A stretch of DNA of 64,000 bases from Flavobacteriaceae bacterium (lineage in GTDB: Bacteria > Bdellovibrionota > Bacteriovoracia > Bacteriovoracales > Bacteriovoracaceae): positions 1,073 through 65,072 of the forward strand of contig CAXPDR010000029.1 of the NCBI GenBank assembly GCA_964215955.1, in the 5' to 3' direction. The notes below the pieces were generated by a model that saw nothing but the letters and a program-made list of their open reading frames with translations, was not told where the DNA came from and ran no database searches. This document shows, piece after piece, positions 18,501 through 27,500 of this stretch (positions within the stretch are counted from its first letter, which is position 1; the number at the start of each line of letters is the position of its first letter). The position numbers and the translations under genes are program-made.

Positions 18501-19195
18501 CGAATTTATTTGTTGTGGTTAAAGATGGAGATGTTTACGGTACTGGTGATAATTATGGGGGCTTAGTTGGGCTTGGAGTAGAAAGGATTAGTATTAATAA
18601 CTCTGGTTATGAAGGAAAGGTCCACGGGAATAGTAAAGTCGGAGGACTTGTTGGCTTTTTAAGTAATGGTGGTTCTGGTGGTGATCATCAAATTAAAAAT
18701 TCTTTTGTTAGAGCAAAGTTAATTCAAGCTGATGGAGGTTCAAGTTATAGTGGAGGATTTGTTGGTTTAATTAATTTAAATAATGAAGAATTGGAGATTG
18801 AAAACTCTTATCTTAAGTTCATAAACACTGGTATAGATAACTTTAAAGGAGACATAGCTGGCTTATTAATGGGTGGGATGAATTCAGGTTATAAGCTTAA
18901 GAATATTTTTGCTAATACAAAATATTTATCTCTGGCTTCTGGAACTACCTTATATAAAGGAGCATGGAATTTAGGTTCTGCGACTGACAACGGGAGAAGC
19001 TACACCCTTGTTGAGCCGGTTGCTAGAGGATATAGTGTTTCATCGACAGCTATGGATCCGAACTTTCCACTTGTTTCTAGAGAAGCCGATCTTAATACAG
19101 ATATGTACAGAAGAGACGGTGGTGGAAGCGTGTGGTATCAAGATGTGAACGGAGAAGTCTTTCTCGCTTGGGAAAAGGCACTTGGTTTAAAATAG
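15542..19195 (+). CDS. giant GLUG-repeat surface lipoprotein (paralog 1)
   Basis: Lipobox FNFVSCSQ. At least 13 GGhhG (GLUG-type) repeats, e.g. YLGGLIGDV, KIGGIAGQI, RVGGIIGG, KVGGLVGF. Pre-repeat motifs FSGNFDGQNY and NPFSGRIIPNGK. The N-terminal domain is homologous to the 36738-40580 product. Confidence 0.75.
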   Translation: MKFINFAFLILTFNFVSCSQGPGKTNVKISLAAISGSEKFPGGLFLYGKNKSIPDMGFARKVNADDTLELELENGDWGFVVMGWDGSQYYEGNAFCDAMAKKLDGAEVSLSLEATRAKCSPRYINGTNELYNGFYSLKIHTCAGIRDHIANGEPIPSNFKCDGSMDIFDGGMKSFKVYLAEFMPGEGERFSSESRCLTTTNSTTPASVNLPLGSDKIKTAVLIKGYSDSSCTSEVKKYVFRDGIKFPEDDFNAAAVLDSVTKTVNLFAHAKLCNEAQKNSPVFAASSDTDNDGLSDTHLICTPTQFASIDGFPTDNFILGADIDMSGLNTITSTFSGNFDGQNYRLYDGVQPIFQEVSASGTDIRIENLIIDNFQIDYNFEPSTNTLGILANQSYPSGGKLEITNLYFNSNNKIEISVANGGTISTNTYLGGLIGDVQVQTSGKLEVRDIKMNGLVRAYDDNIRVGGVFGRFKNTSGEKPKVESSRVGTSSEKMMIQGYQKIGGIAGQIQDAEVVQKTAVFAKLKGKDFVGGIVGDALDGTEIRDAKTDIEYVPFDSSNSRVGGIIGGIAGDFSVKVDGVMANLVVLEPTGTKKVDQLGGIIGGKNFGSGAVNPFQISNSKAIVDFNVNGQSHGGLVGSQSVTNGTRDEIRNSIAMGSLLESSRVTSNINKGGFAGDSSNLKIEMSVASFTSIEGDRQLGGGIGYSNNTILNESHIKGHVECLKNTAYLSCGGITGLNNDSFNTGHFEDLYVDVSLNVPNFDVDGNSGCSLQKCGRLAGNNLSSYMSFERIYLVQSQMLDMNEADISFNTGSGNVTPGDHIDNLQTDDSTTCNGAILGKFDNSHGIFSSCGLLFEKQWRSYGFAGEYLAGNWIEPFEIYSTVEWNNIKADAFLVQQTFKLMDDLDFASGTFEPIGSISNPFSGRIIPNGKTLKRINFTAGNDNAGIFNATGNGASIGWYNDPLKIFDMTIDCTSQLNCGVIGQAQDTNLFVVVKDGDVYGTGDNYGGLVGLGVERISINNSGYEGKVHGNSKVGGLVGFLSNGGSGGDHQIKNSFVRAKLIQADGGSSYSGGFVGLINLNNEELEIENSYLKFINTGIDNFKGDIAGLLMGGMNSGYKLKNIFANTKYLSLASGTTLYKGAWNLGSATDNGRSYTLVEPVARGYSVSSTAMDPNFPLVSREADLNTDMYRRDGGGSVWYQDVNGEVFLAWEKALGLK

Positions 19196-19220
19196 ATCTG
19201 ACAAATTATTAAAATTTACG

Positions 19221-19257
19221 TATATTATCCTCAAACTAATAATTTGAGGATAATATA
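19221..19257 (+). promoter_or_regulatory. perfect 15-bp stem / 7-nt loop hairpin sequestering the metG SD and start codon
   Basis: tatattatcctcaaa (19221-19235) and tttgaggataatata (19243-19257) are exact reverse complements. The right arm contains GAGGA (19246-19250) and the A of ATG 19257. Confidence 0.6.
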
Positions 19258-20954
19258 TGAAGCACTTAGTCACGTCTGCACTACCTTACGCTAATGGACC
19301 TATTCACTTTGGACATATTGCTGGAGTTTATTTACCAGCTGATATCTATACGAAACATAGAAAATTAAAAGGTGAAAAATGTATTCATATTAGTGGTTCT
19401 GATGAACATGGTGTGGCGATTATGCAAAATGCTCAAAAAGCGGGGAAGTCGTATAAAGAGTATGTTGACGAGTGGAATCAAGAGCATTTCGAGCTATTTA
19501 AAAAATATGGAATCGAATTTGATTTTTTTGGACAGACTTCTGAGAAGTACCATGAGGAAGAAGTATTAAAGTGGTTTGATGAGTTGCATGCTAAAGGTTT
19601 TATTGAAAAGAGGGCCGAAGAGCAGCTTCAGTGTCAGGATTGTCATAATTATCTTCCAGATCGTTTTGTGGAAGGGACTTGTTATGTTTGTGACTATGAA
19701 GAAGCAAGAGGAGATGAGTGCCCTAATTGTGGAGAGTGGATTGATGCTGTAAAGCTTAAAAACCCTACATGTAAGTTTTGTGAATCAAAAAATATTGAAG
19801 TTAAGTCTGTAGATCAGTGGTATTTGATGCTTTCAAAATATCATAAGGAATTTAGAGAGTGGTTTGAAGGTGTTTCTCCTACTTGGAGAAAAACGGTGAC
19901 TAGCTTTGTTGATTCTTTAACTAAAGAAGAAATGGTTGATCGTGCGATTACCAGAGATTTAGACTGGGGAATTGATGTTCCGTTAGCTGAGGCGAAAGGG
20001 AAGAAACTATATGTGTGGTTTGACGCGCCAATTGGGTATGTTTCAAATACCAAAGAGTTTTTAAAGAAAACTGAATCAAGTGATGATTATATAAAAGATT
20101 GGTGGCAAGCAGAAGATACTGTGATCACTAATTTTATTGGTAAAGATAATATCATTTTTCATGCGATTATCTTTCCTATGATGAGCCTTGCTAGTGGCAG
20201 GGCCAATGCGGTTAAAAGTCTTCCAGCGAATCAATATGTAAATTTGGAAGGAAAGCAATTTTCTAAGTCTAAGGGATGGTATGTAGACGCTCATGGTGCT
20301 GTGGATGAATTCGGAGCAGATGCTCTAAGATATTATCTAACAACACTTATCCCTGAGAGTAATGATTCTAGTTATACTTGGGAAGGATTTGAAGCTAAGA
20401 TTAATAATGAGCTTGCTAATAATATTGGAAATTTTGTCAATCGTGGAATGACTTTTTTCTATAAGAATTGGAAAGAAGGTATTAGTGAGGATAAGTTTTT
20501 AAGCTTTTATGAAACAGAAGCATTTAAAGATTTAAAAGTTCAAGTTGCTACGATTAATGAAACTCTAGATAATATTCAAGTTAAAAGAGCACTTGAACAA
20601 ATTATGCATTTAGGTCAAACTGCAAATACATTCTTTTCAGATAATGCTCCTTGGGCGCAAATTAAAGAAGATAATGATGCGGCAGCAACGACAATCGCTC
20701 ACTCGGCTATCTATGTTTTAACTTTGAGTGCTTTATTAACTCCATATCTTCCGACCCTTTCATCTCAAATTAAAGAGTATTTTGGTGGTTTATCAGATGA
20801 AGTCGTTAAAGATCTATACACTGGAGAATTTGAGCTTTTAAAGGACTTTGTGAAAGGTGGAGTCCAAATTGTTAAAAAGCCTAAGGGGCTAGTTCAAAAA
20901 ATTGAAGCTGATCGTATTAAAGAGTTAAATGAGCAGTTGAGGGCCAAGGCATAA
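19257..20954 (+). CDS. metG: methionyl-tRNA synthetase (short form, no C-terminal Trbp111-like domain)
   Basis: HIGH-type motif ALPYANGPIHFGHIAG, KMSKS-type motif KFSKSKG, and zinc knuckles CQDCHNY / CYVC / CPNC / CKFC. Confidence 0.95.
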   Translation: MKHLVTSALPYANGPIHFGHIAGVYLPADIYTKHRKLKGEKCIHISGSDEHGVAIMQNAQKAGKSYKEYVDEWNQEHFELFKKYGIEFDFFGQTSEKYHEEEVLKWFDELHAKGFIEKRAEEQLQCQDCHNYLPDRFVEGTCYVCDYEEARGDECPNCGEWIDAVKLKNPTCKFCESKNIEVKSVDQWYLMLSKYHKEFREWFEGVSPTWRKTVTSFVDSLTKEEMVDRAITRDLDWGIDVPLAEAKGKKLYVWFDAPIGYVSNTKEFLKKTESSDDYIKDWWQAEDTVITNFIGKDNIIFHAIIFPMMSLASGRANAVKSLPANQYVNLEGKQFSKSKGWYVDAHGAVDEFGADALRYYLTTLIPESNDSSYTWEGFEAKINNELANNIGNFVNRGMTFFYKNWKEGISEDKFLSFYETEAFKDLKVQVATINETLDNIQVKRALEQIMHLGQTANTFFSDNAPWAQIKEDNDAAATTIAHSAIYVLTLSALLTPYLPTLSSQIKEYFGGLSDEVVKDLYTGEFELLKDFVKGGVQIVKKPKGLVQKIEADRIKELNEQLRAKA

Positions 20955-20976
20955 GGACTTTTATTCGTCATTAGCG

Positions 20977-21169
20977 AATGAGTTTAAAGACAAAGTCTGG
21001 AAGCGAATGATTATATAACTTAATAACAATTGTTTGAAAGAGCTTCCAATTAATCTGGATTAGGGTGAATTATTGTTTAAATCTAATACTGATATACTAA
21101 CGCCTTCTAGCAAATATCCTTATGAAACAAATTATTGCTTCAGTTGTTTATTTTAACTTTAAACTCATT
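20977..21169 (+). repeat. MITE-like intergenic repeat, copy A (193 bp, 13-bp perfect terminal inverted repeats)
   Basis: The TIRs are AATGAGTTTAAAG (20977-20989) and CTTTAAACTCATT (21157-21169). Four internal blocks are shared with copy B: 20984-21003, 21040-21049, 21097-21110 and 21136-21150. Confidence 0.7.
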
Positions 21170-21202
21170 AACAACATCAAAAACTGTGAGATAAATTTAG
21201 CC

Positions 21203-21796
21203 TTATTCTTCCTTGTGATAAAGGTATTGGTTTCCTTTGATATTTAAGGATTGCTTAAATTCATGGCGGGTTCTATTCCAGGTATGAACGACATGGCCGG
21301 TTTCTGAATCAATATAGGCTTCAAAGCTAAATGGCTTTCCAGCTTGATTTTTGAAACTTACTAGGACGTGTTCAAGATGTTTACCAACATTATCACTTAC
21401 TTTGATCACAGATCTTTTTAATTCAACCTTAAAGTCTTTAACTTGATTGTTAGGAATGAGTTTAAAGAAGTTTTTTTGATATTTTTCTTTCCAATCATCA
21501 TTTACCGAATTTGCAAGATAAAGGTCTTTTAAATTTTGAACTTTTCCTAAATAGATTCTTTTATTTTCTTTTTTTATTTGAACCGGGATATTTGGTACTG
21601 AGGCAATTTTTCTTGAAGCTGGTTTAACCGGATCAATATTTTCATTCTTGGTGACCACTGAACTAGAATCTTTTTTTTCTTTTACTTCATTTTTAGCAGT
21701 GTTCATCTTCTTTGAAGAAGGATTAACCAGGAGAAAAGTGCTAACTCCTATGATTAAGCTTAAAACGATAAAAATTTCTTTCTTCTTATTTTTCAT
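21203..21796 (-). CDS. membrane-anchored protein with PepSY-like C-terminal domain
   Basis: N-terminal TM helix (IFIVLSLIIGVSTFLLV). The C-terminus, HVLVSFKNQAGKPFSFEAYIDSETGHVVHTW, fits the PepSY pattern (…v.v…g…e..iD..TG.v…). Its start lies 1 nt after the upstream protease stop. Confidence 0.45.
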   Translation of the reverse strand: MKNKKKEIFIVLSLIIGVSTFLLVNPSSKKMNTAKNEVKEKKDSSSVVTKNENIDPVKPASRKIASVPNIPVQIKKENKRIYLGKVQNLKDLYLANSVNDDWKEKYQKNFFKLIPNNQVKDFKVELKRSVIKVSDNVGKHLEHVLVSFKNQAGKPFSFEAYIDSETGHVVHTWNRTRHEFKQSLNIKGNQYLYHKEE

Positions 21797-21797
21797 T

Positions 21798-24524
21798 TTA
21801 ATCTAAAACCGTAAATTGAAGGTTAATCACTTTGTATGGCTCATGTCCAATATACTCATAATCACTAAAGTCTTTTATATCTCCAGCTGATGCTCCTGCT
21901 GGAATATTATCAAAACAATCACTACAGTTAGAAAATCTCACTCTAAAGCGGCAATTAAACTTTGTTCCTGGTTCAATCCATTTATTGACTTCCATTACTA
22001 CGAGATGGCCAGAATCAAATGCAAAACCATCTTTATTCGCCTGATAAGTTTCAGACCATGTTTGTTGAGGATCAATTTTACCTAAGACACCCTGTGAAGC
22101 TCCTGGTAAAAATCTCATAAGGCATTCATTAGGATTAAAATCATCTCCTGATTTAGAAGGATTATTTAAACAGTCTGAATCTTCAAGTCCAATAGAGTAG
22201 TTTCTAAAAAAGTCTTGAGAAACCCATTTGGTTTCATTTTCATCACTGTATTGCACGAGACAAATAGGTTGGGGGGCATCTAAATCATATTTTGGAAATA
22301 CTTTATCTACACCGTCTGTTTCGGATTTATCTAATTTCTTATTTGTTTTTGAAATTGTGGCACAATTTCCAGGAGTACTGGTACTAGAATCAGTAACTCC
22401 ACCTTCGGATGAACTTGGAAAACCATCAACCATACATGGAACATGGGTTGCAACTCCACCAGTTATATCTCCGTTACTAAGTGCCGTTTTATTGCTCATT
22501 TTATTAGTATAAGTATTGGATGTACTCGTAAGTTTCATATGATCCCAGTCATTGGCCAGAAACTGAACCCCACCCATTGGAGAGTTCGAGTTATTAAATA
22601 GATTGAGTGAAACCGCTACAACTTCACCTGGGCTAATTTTTACATTTCCATTATTATATTCTGTTCCTGCAATGCCTTCCGTTGGACTTACTCTTTTTCC
22701 TTGGAAGGTTAGGTTGGTAAGTATGTTCTTCATATCGTTTTGACCATCGATAACAAAGGCAACAGCTTCCTCATCTAATTTTATAAAATCTTTAGAAATA
22801 AGAACTGATTGTTTACGATTATTTTCGTTTACAGCGGTGTTTAAAGGAATAGATTTGAGATATTTATTATTGAAAATATATCTATTATTATAAGCACTGT
22901 AGTAGGTGAGCGCGTTTGTATCAAGGTCTAATCCATTTCCTCTATCTTCATATGATCTAAATAGGAGTAATCCATAATCATCTAAAAGCTTCTCTGATGA
23001 ATCAACACTAAATTCAGGGCATAAATTATTTGATATATGGTAAATTATATTTTTACCAAAAATTCTAAAAAATCTTCGAAAGTTTGGAGGATTTACGACT
23101 TGAGTCCATAAAAAAGATTCGTCAGGATTTAAATTAGTAAAAAATAAATTCGCTAGTCCTGTATTGCTAGGATAAGTGTATTCAGAGAAGTAGTCAGAGC
23201 CCTTAGCGGTTAAGTCGCCAATCTCTGCTAGGGTTTCAGACAAAAGTAAAACGACATAATCAGTTGTTCTTTTATGGATATAATTTTTATCTGAACTTTC
23301 AAAAGAGCATCTATTTTTAAACTCTTTCGTTAGAGCGACAAGATAATGAGAAATAGTTCCTGAAGCGTAGTGAACATCTTCAACTGGCACTAAAGGGTTA
23401 CCTGGGTCATAATGAACGTGTTGTGGATAAGATAGTCTTTGCCCAGATGCTTCAGCTACATCTATTGAATGCTCTTCTTCACTTTCAGAAAGAGGACGAT
23501 ACTTAGTAATTGTAGAGTCTCCATTTTCATCTTTTGAAAGAGTTCTTAGCTTATAGAAAGCAAATTCTCCAAAGCTTGTTCTGTTATTCATATAATATGC
23601 AAAATAATCTGCGATTCCTTCGTTTATAGCTCCGGCTTCATCATAATAAATTTCCCCAAGGTCGGACTCATAATCATGGGCCGAGCTATAAGGAAGTGAG
23701 GTTCCAGGATCAATACCTTTGGTTACATTTCTTTGGTTCATCATGGTTTTGACAAAAACATGTCCCATTTCATGATAAATAATACTTGGATCTTGAACCA
23801 TTCTAAATCCAGCTGTGTCATAACCAAAACAAAGTATGTCTTCAGCAGGACTGAAATAGGCATTATATTCCAAATAACATTTTGAATAAGCCTTAAGAGT
23901 TTTTTGAATTCCTTTATCTTGAATCAAAATAGAACCAGTATCTAAAAAGTTCCACTTAGTTGCTGGTGGAATAGCCAATTCATCTTTATCAAGGTGAACA
24001 GATTTATGGACAAAACTCATTGTATCTAGGAAACGATTGAGCATTGTATTTAAATGATAAAAAGTATTTACCTGGTAGAATTCGTCCGAATTTTTATCAA
24101 AAACCCAAGACTCATTTTGATTTTGTAGGAGAGTGGTTGATGCATTATCATCGTTAAGTACCGCCAGACATTCATCATCTGTTACAGAAGTTTTTAAACT
24201 TGATTCAGATGGATTAAAAATATTTGGAAAGTATTGCTTTACTTCACAATCAGAGTGAAGGGCAGCATTGTCTGTGATAAATTGTGGTTCTAAAAAACCT
24301 GAGAAGTTTGTACTTGTGGTGTATTTACCTTTCATGGCGATAATATTGTCGGGATAAATAAGTCCTTGATTAGTACCAGCATAAACATTAGCATCTGATC
24401 TTCTTACCGATTCAGTTTGTGTGTTTTTTAAAATGTCAGTACAGGCACTACTAAGAAGAGCAATAGAACTCAAAAGAGCTATGTTTTTGTACTGTGAATA
24501 TAGTTTATTTAAACTCTTTTTCAA
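21798..24524 (-). CDS. thermolysin-like (gluzincin, M4/M36-like) zinc metalloprotease lipoprotein
   Basis: Lipobox LLSSACTD and a TTG start after an AAGGA SD. HEMGH lies at 23760-23774, followed by EAGAINEGIADYFAYYM, which resembles thermolysin ESGAINEAISDIFG (third zinc-ligand Glu). There is a large C-terminal extension. Confidence 0.7.
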   Translation of the reverse strand: MKKSLNKLYSQYKNIALLSSIALLSSACTDILKNTQTESVRRSDANVYAGTNQGLIYPDNIIAMKGKYTTSTNFSGFLEPQFITDNAALHSDCEVKQYFPNIFNPSESSLKTSVTDDECLAVLNDDNASTTLLQNQNESWVFDKNSDEFYQVNTFYHLNTMLNRFLDTMSFVHKSVHLDKDELAIPPATKWNFLDTGSILIQDKGIQKTLKAYSKCYLEYNAYFSPAEDILCFGYDTAGFRMVQDPSIIYHEMGHVFVKTMMNQRNVTKGIDPGTSLPYSSAHDYESDLGEIYYDEAGAINEGIADYFAYYMNNRTSFGEFAFYKLRTLSKDENGDSTITKYRPLSESEEEHSIDVAEASGQRLSYPQHVHYDPGNPLVPVEDVHYASGTISHYLVALTKEFKNRCSFESSDKNYIHKRTTDYVVLLLSETLAEIGDLTAKGSDYFSEYTYPSNTGLANLFFTNLNPDESFLWTQVVNPPNFRRFFRIFGKNIIYHISNNLCPEFSVDSSEKLLDDYGLLLFRSYEDRGNGLDLDTNALTYYSAYNNRYIFNNKYLKSIPLNTAVNENNRKQSVLISKDFIKLDEEAVAFVIDGQNDMKNILTNLTFQGKRVSPTEGIAGTEYNNGNVKISPGEVVAVSLNLFNNSNSPMGGVQFLANDWDHMKLTSTSNTYTNKMSNKTALSNGDITGGVATHVPCMVDGFPSSSEGGVTDSSTSTPGNCATISKTNKKLDKSETDGVDKVFPKYDLDAPQPICLVQYSDENETKWVSQDFFRNYSIGLEDSDCLNNPSKSGDDFNPNECLMRFLPGASQGVLGKIDPQQTWSETYQANKDGFAFDSGHLVVMEVNKWIEPGTKFNCRFRVRFSNCSDCFDNIPAGASAGDIKDFSDYEYIGHEPYKVINLQFTVLD

Positions 24525-24537
24525 ACTCTATCCTTGT

Positions 24538-27500
24538 TTATTGGCTCAGTCCCATAGACTGTCCCCAAACATTTCCTAGTTGTTGGAAAGTTGCTCCGTA
24601 AATATCCTTACCAACACCGTTGGCATTTACGCTATTACAAACGGCGACAGAAATTTGTCCTGCACGTTCTCTTTGTTTTTTACAATTATAAGCAGCAGCA
24701 TAGGCTTTAAGCTGTTCTTCATATTTTTCTAAGAGATCATCGTAATTATTTGGTTTAGCACTACATTCACTCATACCAAGCTCTTTTAGAAGATTTTTGT
24801 TTATAAAACTTGAGTAGTTACTTGCAGTTACTTCGGTCACTGAGTCTTTATTTTCTGTGGTACATTTAACAAAATTAGGTTTATCGTAACAAATTTTTTG
24901 AGTATCAATGGCTTCTTTAATTTTTTCTTCATCACAAAACTTTCCATCAAGTTTTGCAAGTTCTTCATATTTATTACAAGTTTTTTCACCACTTTCAAAT
25001 AGTTCTTTTGCGCTACTATTGTTACAAAAGCTTTCTGCGGATATATATTGAGATTTCTCACCTTTCATTAAAGGTAGAGTATCATCAGAAATTTCACATT
25101 TTGAATCCCATGATCTAATTTGGGCTATGGCAGCCTTATCCTGGGCGGAGGCATTTGGATTCATAGGATTAGCCGCCGCTAGTTGAATGACTTTTCCAAG
25201 TTCTGTTGCTAGTTCTTCCGTATCGACTTTGTCAGGATCTACGTTAAAGGCCTGAAGACTTCCACAAGCTCTATTTAGATTTTCATTCATTTCACTTTCT
25301 TGTTGTGCCTGCTGAGATTGAGCTTCGGCGACACCATTTAAGGCTTGATTACAATCTGCGATGACTCCTTTCCAGTATGATTTATTGTTCTTGTAATTAT
25401 TTAAATAAGTTGCTTTTTGTGCTGCAACTGAACCACCTTTTCCATTAGAACCAAAGTACTCACTTCTTTGTTTGGCCATGGCCTTAATCATTTCATTACT
25501 ATCACTAACTAGTGCGTTAAGATAAGCTTCTGGATCTTCCATCATTAAGCTCTCATCAATTCCTTTTAAATAGCTTTTCTTACTAAGCTGAAACTTAAGG
25601 TGTGGTGTTCTAAAAATTCCCCCAAGATCCATTTGAGCATCGATAGATCTTGATTGTCTTTCTAATTCCATATTTAGAGCATTCATTTCAGATTTTAAAT
25701 CTTTTACTAACTTTTTGACTTCAGTGTTATAGGCATTGGTTGCATTATACTGCTCTGTTTTTACCGCTGTGAAAACCGAATTAACTTGAGAATAACAGGC
25801 CTTCATATTAGAAGCACATTTGGTAGCAGTTCTTAAACAAAAATTTTGGCCATTAATATTTAAGGCTCCATCACAACTTTTACTAGCAACACCTGTCGTT
25901 GTATCCCAGTTACAAGTTTTTAATTCTTCTTTTATTGTTGAGTTTAATGAAGAAGCTGCAACTTTTCGAAGATTAGTCATTTCCATAGAGTATTTTTTTA
26001 ATTCATTTACTGCTTGAGCCTGAGAATAACCACTTGGATTTGAAGGATTTCTGGAGTTGAATTTTCTCTCACATTGATCCTTAAAAATACTTAAGTAACT
26101 AGATGCACGCATCGGAACTGATGCTGGAATAGTTTTATTTTCAAGAATTATTGATTGATTTGGAATAAAAACATAATTTTTAAATCTTTCCTTAGCTTCT
26201 TCTTTCTCGACAGCTTTAATCATATCGTCAATTGTTCCGCCGCTTGCTAAAGCTCTAGAGATGATCCCAGCATAGGCATTGTCCTGACCTTTTAAGTTTA
26301 TTCTTGGGTTTTTAAATTGTCTTGAGAACTTTTCAATTCCACCCATCTTTTTAGTAATATAGTCACCAGTAAGACAAGCATTTTTTTGATCGAGTTCATA
26401 TTGATCTAATTTCTTTAAAAGGTCTTTGTATGAAGTAGGGTTATCTTTTTTCTGTACACTTGCTAGGTATCTTCCTAGGGTATTTGACGAATCAGAACCA
26501 CTAGTGACTTCAGCTATATTATATTGAGTCATAAGCTTTTGTTGTTTGGACTTTTGTTCTGACTCAAAGTTTTTCAAAATTTGAGCAAGAGCTGGGTTTT
26601 TCTTTGGAAATAATTTTCCTCTGTAAACCACGCCGTCTTTGTCAGGTGAGATGGAGTTTCTATTACTCATATCTGAGGTGATATTATTCGCTAGTTGATC
26701 AATCTCTTTTTCGATTTGTTTACTTCGAGTCAAAAGGGATTGACCTGACATTCCTCTCGAATTGTCATTTATTTTATTGTACATATTATCTTGAATTGAC
26801 CTAAGTCCACCGCTTTTTCCAAGTTTTTGAAGTTCCGCACCATCGGTTAAAGAACCACATGTATTATTAGGATCTTTGTTGCCTAAAAGTAGTTGGGAGA
26901 ATTTTCCATCTTTGTGGTATTTATCAAAATCTTTTCCACCATCCAGTAGGGCACTAGTCGCTTTAACTGTGGCCACTATTGGTTCAGCTTTGACTTGAAA
27001 ATCATCTAGTAGCTTTTTTAAGTTTTTTTGGTAAGCACGAATTTGTTCTTCTCTCGCTAGGAGTTGTGTGTTTGCATTTTTAATGGCCTCATCATAACAA
27101 GTTAATCCTTGAGAGGTTTTTGTTTCGTGACCTTTTGTGGTGTAGTTTTCCAGTTCATTAAGGTTTTCTTCAGCGAGCTCCATAAGAGCGGCGGCATAAC
27201 CACCTGCAAGTTGTTGGTGATCTGTATTGCTACATTTCATTCCATCAGAAAGGGAGTTTGGTCTGGCCGGTAAAACGATACAACCTCTAAACACTCCTGG
27301 TACTTGTTGGGGGTCTACAATTTGACCTGCTAGACTTACATGAGATCTTAAACTTTCTTTGTATTGATTAATATTCCCATTATTGGCCGTTTGCATATAG
27401 CCTGATACACCTGCAGTTAGGGCATTAGTGAAATAACCTAGGTATCTGGCACCAGTTGTCCACATCGATTCTTTTCTAGAAACATCTTGTTGTGCTTGCC

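Noticed and set aside
20979-21011. A short ORF at the start of the repeat (A: ATG AGT TTA AAG ACA AAG TCT GGA AGC GAA TGA; B, reverse strand: MILKTKSGSE... extending to ~37 aa), considered as a conserved micropeptide.
   Set aside because: Only the first ~10 codons are shared because they lie in the conserved TIR and block 1. The reading frames terminate at very different points, and no SD precedes either ATG.
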